Positions 57,990-64,000 of a DNA stretch of 64,000 bases are shown here, piece by piece (position 1 is the first letter of the stretch; each line of letters starts with the position of its first letter). This DNA is from Octopus vulgaris. Its lineage: Eukaryota. Where the stretch lies: contig OX597830.1 in assembly GCA_951406725.2 (NCBI GenBank), positions 77,686,001 through 77,750,000 on the forward strand, written 5' to 3'. The notes under the pieces were generated by a model that ran no database searches, was not told the origin of the DNA, and saw only the letters and a list, made by a program, of their open reading frames with translations. A program made the translations under genes and the position numbers.

Positions 57990-58394
57990 TCTCTCTCTAT
58001 ATATAAAGCTGATGTTGCCTGTGTATGGCAGGTTTGGTAGCCTTCAACTAACACTATCTCTTCCGAGACCCTGCGGCGCAAGTTGACCAAAATTGAGAGT
58101 ATGATAGAAGAAGGCTTGCTCTTCCTTCCGTAGAAGAACAAATTCAAATCGGACCATGTTAACACCAAAAATTATTTACATCAAAAAGGTGCTTTTTTTT
58201 TCTATGAAAATCCCTATTTTTTACGAATTTTTGACTGCTGTGTCGTCATTTTTCAGTGTATTTCGACCAGAAAAAATGTTCACTTAAAGCGAATAAAAAG
58301 CTACATAATGCAAAATTTTTACTTTTCAAAAATTCCAATTCTAAAAGGGTCGAAAAGAAAACAACCCCGAGCAACGCCGGGCTATAACTGCTAG
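57990..58394 (+). mobile_element. Non-autonomous Helitron
   Basis: A|TCTCTCTCTATATATAAAGCTG start; same CCCGAGCAACGCCGGG hairpin; CTAG|T end at 58391-58394. Confidence 0.8.
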
Positions 58395-58552
58395 TATTCG
58401 ATATATTCCTTCCATTGTTTTCGTGAAGTACTGCGATACAATTAACTGCACTCTGAATCAAGAAATAAATCATTAATATAACATAATGTAATGTAATAGA
58501 ACATATAAATATGATATACATAATACAGGCTTACGTATATATATATATATAA

Positions 58553-58592
<40 letters not shown>

Positions 58593-59099
58593 AAATATAT
58601 ACGCATATATATATATATACATACACAAAAACACACATATATACATACTTTTCGCTGTATGTATAAGGCGGCGAGCTGGCGTATTTCGTCTGCCGTTACG
58701 TTCTGAGTTCAAATTCCGCCGAGGTCGACTTTGCCTTTCATCCTTTCGGGGTCGATAAATTAAGTACCAGTTACGCACTGGAGTCGATGTAATCGACTTA
58801 ATCCGTTTGTCTGTCCTTGTTTATACCCTCTGTGTTTAGCTCCTTGTGGGTAGTAAAGAAATATATATATACATACTTTTGGTGTATGTGTCCGTTTGAT
58901 TGCGTGTGTACGTATGTGTGTGTGGTTATTAGATACCCTGTTCATATGTCGGGTTACTTAGAGAACAATAATACTTTTCCCTTAAATACACATTTTCGCA
59001 CCTGTATAATATATGGCACAATATATAATACTACACACACACATACAAATATATCAGCATGACCACAGTAGCATAGCTGAAATGAGTACAAAGTATATA

Positions 59100-59267
59100 C
59101 AGGAGTAGCTGTGTGGTAAGTAGCTTGCCTACCAACCACATGGTTCCGGGTTTAGTCCCACTGCGTGGCACCTTGGACAAGTGTCTTCTACTCCAGCCTC
59201 GGGCCGACCAAAGCCTTGTGAGTGGATTTGGTAGACGGAAACTGAAAGAAGCCCGTCGTATATATGT

Positions 59268-59327
<60 letters not shown>

Positions 59328-59541
59328 ATGTTTGTGTGTCTGTGTCTGTGCCCCTAGCATTGCTTGACAACCGATGCTGGTGTGTTTATGTCCCCGTCAC
59401 TTAGCGGTTCGGCAAAAAGAGACCGATAGAATAAGTACTGGGCTTACAAAAGAATAAGTCCCAGGGTCGAGTTGTTCGACTAAAGGCGGTGCTCCAGCAT
59501 GGCCGCAGTCAAATGACTGAAACAAGTAAAAGAGTAAAAGA
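59100..59541 (+). mobile_element. SINE family A
   Basis: Full-length match. Confidence 0.9.
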
Positions 59542-59773
59542 ATATATATATATAATAATAATATTTTATAATTATGAGCATCATTATAATTATACTGCTA
59601 TTTCTAAAGTTCGGTATGTGGTGAAGCAAATTTTTGCTGAACCCTAATTATATTTATACACATAATTTTAAAACATTGTTTACCGAAAAATGGTCCTTTT
59701 AACATGCCGAATACTACTTGGTGGAATTATTAATTACTAGTTAATTAATTAATTTTACCCTTTATTATTATTG

Positions 59774-59807
<34 letters not shown>

Positions 59808-59910
59808 TTTCATTTACTCCGTTATGCGTTTCCATATAAATTTATACACACACACACACATACACACATACACACACACATATATATATATATATATATG
59901 TATATGTATG

Positions 59911-60001
<91 letters not shown>

Positions 60002-60023
60002 CACATATATATATATATATATG

Positions 60024-60067
<44 letters not shown>

Positions 60068-60352
60068 CGTTCGTGGATGTAGAGGTCTACAGATGCTATA
60101 GCATGGACTTATCTATTATAGCCTATCATTATCGAAATTAATTAAACTGCGGCATGCAAATTGTTAAACAACCGTACAAGATGAATAAGGTCTTTAAACC
60201 GGTTGCTTCATCGAGTCGACGGAGGAGACGGAGACGGCAGCAGGTTTTCTTAAAGGAGAACTACTATAAGAAGCCAGACAACGCCTTGCATTCATAAACG
60301 GAGTCTCGTTACCAGTCACACACACTCAGTGTACGCGTAGGTCCATATATAA

Positions 60353-60404
<52 letters not shown>

Positions 60405-60820
60405 GTGCGTGCTGTCCTGGTTTCGTGCACGCGCGTCTTTGTTTCTGTATCTCTCTTCCCCACCAGCGTTTTGACAACCGGTGTTGGTGTGTTTTTACTT
60501 TCCCGCACTATAGCGGTTCGGCAAAAAGCCCAGATATAACAAAAAATACCAGGCTTTAAAAAATAAGGTACTGAGGTCCATTCACTCGACTAAAAATTAT
60601 TTAAGGTGCTGCCCCAGCATTTCCGCAGTCTAATGATAGAAGGGTGTGAATATATATATATATTTATGTATATATGCGTGTATGTGTGTGTATATATGTA
60701 TATACATATATGTATATACATGTATATATATATACACATATACATATGTATATATCAATATGTATATATATGCATATAATATACATGTATATATATATAT
60801 ATATATTTATAAAAAAAGAA

Positions 60821-60851
<31 letters not shown>

Positions 60852-61044
60852 CAGATAGATAGATTTTTTATTTTTCCCTTGTCTCATTTATTACATTGCG
60901 ACCATGGTAGGGCACCGCCTTGAAGTAGTTTTATTTGTCTGAATCGACCCCAGTGCTGTTTTTTTTTTCTTTTGTTAACTGGTACCTATTCAATTGTATA
61001 AATGTGTGTGTGTGTGTCTGTATATATACATAAATAAAATAATA

Positions 61045-61291
61045 AATGCGCCCTTTTAAAGCCTAGCCTGGTTCATGGGACCGGTTTCCCGGTTTTAATG
61101 GCGTATGTGTTCCCCAGCTGGACGGGACACCAGTCCGTCGCAGCGTTACTCATTTTTGCCAGTTGAGTGGACTGGAGCAATGTGAAATGAAGTGCTTTGC
61201 TCAAGAACACAACGCTCGCCCAGTCCAAGAATCGAAACCACTATCTTACGATCATGATGGTGATATCCTAACCACTAAGCCACGCGCCTCC
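61045..61291 (-). mobile_element. tRNA-derived SINE with CORE-like middle and a tail shared with the 943 copy
   Basis: Minus strand GGAGGCGCGTGGCTTAGTGGTTAGG head, TTCTTGAGCAAAGCACTTC middle, AAACCGGGAAACCGG tail. Confidence 0.7.
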
Positions 61292-61302
61292 ATATATATA
61301 TA

Positions 61303-61357
61303 TGAAGAGATGGTGTTGTGGATTTCCACTTCGGCATCTGAAACTCAGAGTTTTATC
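61303..61357 (+). ncRNA. 5'-truncated hammerhead-like motif
   Basis: TGA-AG-AGATG...CATCT-GAAA-CTCAGAG-TT; the 5' part of the core and stem I are replaced by (TA)n; insert ~61303-61460 ends in (TA)n. Confidence 0.4.
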
Positions 61358-61457
61358 TTGACTATTGAGTAATTGTACATATTATTTTATAGATAAATTT
61401 CCTCTATTTACATAATATTGAGGTCTCTTTCTTTCTTTTGTTATCTTACCGTTTTTA

Positions 61458-61517
<60 letters not shown>

Positions 61518-61946
61518 GATATGTACACACACACAAACACGCACATACACACCCATATATATATATATATATATATATATTACGGGTTTCTTTCAGTTTT
61601 CATCAACGAAGTCCACTCACAAGGCATTGGTCAACCCAGGGCTTGCCCAAGAATCCACGCTGTGGGATTGAACCATAACCTTGTGGTTGGGAAGTAAACG
61701 TCGTACCTCACAGCTGCACCTATATATTACTTTCTTAAGTATCTACCGCTATGCTGCAACCTTCTAATATGGAAACACAAAAACTACCTTTGTCACCAAA
61801 ATCTATTCCAGTGATTTTAGCATCATTCTGGAAGTCATTTTTTATTAGGTAGTCTTGAAATACGGGAAGAAAATAATCAATCAATCTCCAGGATAACTTT
61901 TGTTTGAAAACATAAAAATATGAATTGTTTTTTTTCTTCTATAAAT

Positions 61947-62372
61947 AGGTGCAGGCATGGCTATGTGGTAAGTAGCTTGCTTGCCAACCACGTGTTTCCG
62001 GGTTCAGTCCCACTGCGTGGCATCTTGGGCAGGTGTCTTCTACTATAGCCTCGGACTGACCAAAGGCTTGTGAGTGGATTTGGTAGACGGAAACTGAAAG
62101 AAGCCCGTCATAAATATATGTATATGTGTGTGTGTGTGTGTCTGTGTCTGTGTGTGTGTATGTGCGTGTGTGTGCGTGTGTGTTTGCCTCCCCCGCCATC
62201 GCTTGATAAACAATGTTGGTGTGTTTACGGCCCCGTAACTTAGCGGTTCGGGAAAAGAAACCGATAGGATAAGTATTAGGCTTACAATGAATAAGTCCTG
62301 GGATCGATTTGTTCGACTAAAGGTGGTGCTCCAGTGTGGCTGCAGTTAAATGACTGAAACAAATAAAAAAAA
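61947..62372 (+). mobile_element. SINE family A (further partial or diverged copies at ~7290-7456, 8790-8940, 28950-29340, 42128-42665, 60440-60640, 61580-61720, 62470-62660, 63600-64000)
   Basis: Shared head and tail blocks. Confidence 0.85.
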
Positions 62373-63428
62373 CTCTGTAGTCAAATTTTTATATGAAAAA
62401 TTGCAAAATTGACAAAAAAGTGATATGTACTTGGATATGCTTACACTCATGCATTCGTTATGTATGTGTGGGTTCGTTTCCTACCATCGCTTGCCAATCG
62501 GTATTAATGTGTTTATGTCCCCCTAAATTAGCGGTTCGCCAAAAGACACTGATAGAATAAGTACTGGACTTTAATAAATGTCCTGGGGTCAATTTGTTCG
62601 ATTAACGTCCTTGAAGGCAGCGCTCCAGCGTGGCCGCAGTCAAATGACTGAAAGAACAGAATAAAACAATGTCTTTCCGCTGCAGTCCATTCAGCTGGAA
62701 ATTGGTAACAATGCGATAATGGTTGGATGATACCTTCCGAAACATTGGTCGTCTCTCGGTCTGGCTAACGGGGTCGAACCATTCGGAAAATAAACCAATT
62801 ATAAGTGCATTGTGACTAGCGGGGTTGAACGACATCCGATAGTCAGATCGACCGTGGTAGCTGGCAGAAACGTTAGCACGCCGGGCGAAATGCGTAGCCG
62901 TATTTCGTCTGCCGCTACGTTCTGAGTTCAAATTCCGCCGAGGTTGACTTTGCCTTTCATCCTTTCGGGGTCGCTAAATTAAGTACCAATTACGCACTGG
63001 GGTCGATGTAATCGACTTAATACCTATGTCTGTCCTTGTTTGTCCTCTCTGTGTTTAGCCCTTTGTGGGTAGTAAAGAAATAGGTATATGTAAAGTCAGT
63101 GTGTGTTTTTGTTGACTGCAGGTGTTGGTTCATTTTACGTCCTGTAGTATATATAATATTCACCAGGCTCAAACAATACATGCTAGGGGCAATCTGATCG
63201 CATCCTTTAAGGGGGTGCCCTCCTTACATGGCCTAACTCGAAACACTACAAGTAAACAATGAAAAGGAAAGCAGTTTTCACAGAAGGGAAAACTGATTTA
63301 TCTCCCTTTTTAAAAATTTCTTTAGACGTTTATTGCACAGTATTTGAAATTTATGTGTTGACGTATTTTACAGGTAATTTACGCACAAGCTTATACACAT
63401 TCACGCAAACACGAACACGTACAAAGAT

Positions 63429-63459
<31 letters not shown>

Positions 63460-63800
63460 TATACTCACACGCACATACATGAAGTATATAATTCATATCT
63501 GTGCTGTTGTGCTGATGCCTGGTTCTATATTTGAATATATTCATCAGTATATTTAAGCATGTACATGCATGTATATATATATGTATTTATGTATGAATGC
63601 ATAGCTTGCTTCTTAACCACATGGTACTGGATTCAGTCCCACAGCATGGCAACTTGAGCAACTCTTTTCTGGTATAGCCCCGGGCGTTCCAAAGTCTTGT
63701 GAGTGGATTCGACGGGTTGAAACGGAAAGAAGCCCGTGGTATATGTATATCTATCTATCTATCTATCTACTATCTATCTATCTATATATCTAACTATCTA

Positions 63801-63890
<90 letters not shown>

Positions 63891-64000
63891 TGTGTGTGTG
63901 TGTCTTTGAGTTAGTGTTTACGTCCCCTTGATCTGTTTGGCGAAAACTCGTCAAGGCGATGCCCCAGTATGACCACAGTCAAGTGACTGAAACAAGTAAT

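Overview
AT-rich, microsatellite-saturated animal genomic DNA. The SINE types and the (TA)n/(TATG)n/(GATA)n landscape suggest an octopus or other coleoid cephalopod (inference). The only credible host gene is the first coding exon of a paralogue-group-3 Hox gene on the + strand (39616-40558: MQKAYY N-terminus, [14 protein letters not shown] hexapeptide region, phase-1 GTGAGT donor). I found no homeobox exon in the remaining ~23 kb, which is therefore probably intron. A candidate CCAAT/E-box promoter module lies ~3.8 kb upstream. The rest is SINEs (at least 4 families), decayed LINEs, non-autonomous Helitrons, MITEs and a mariner relic; almost all ORFs in the supplied track are microsatellite artefacts. 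The most notable unannotated signal is a set of minimal type-I hammerhead-ribozyme motifs in short, (TA)n-associated, Penelope-pLTR-like inserts: two with canonical cores and complete folds, several variant or decayed. The three that fall in the putative Hox3 intron are all on the sense strand. Many long fold-back palindromes occur in the same class of insert. Structures were paired by eye; no folding or database search was run.
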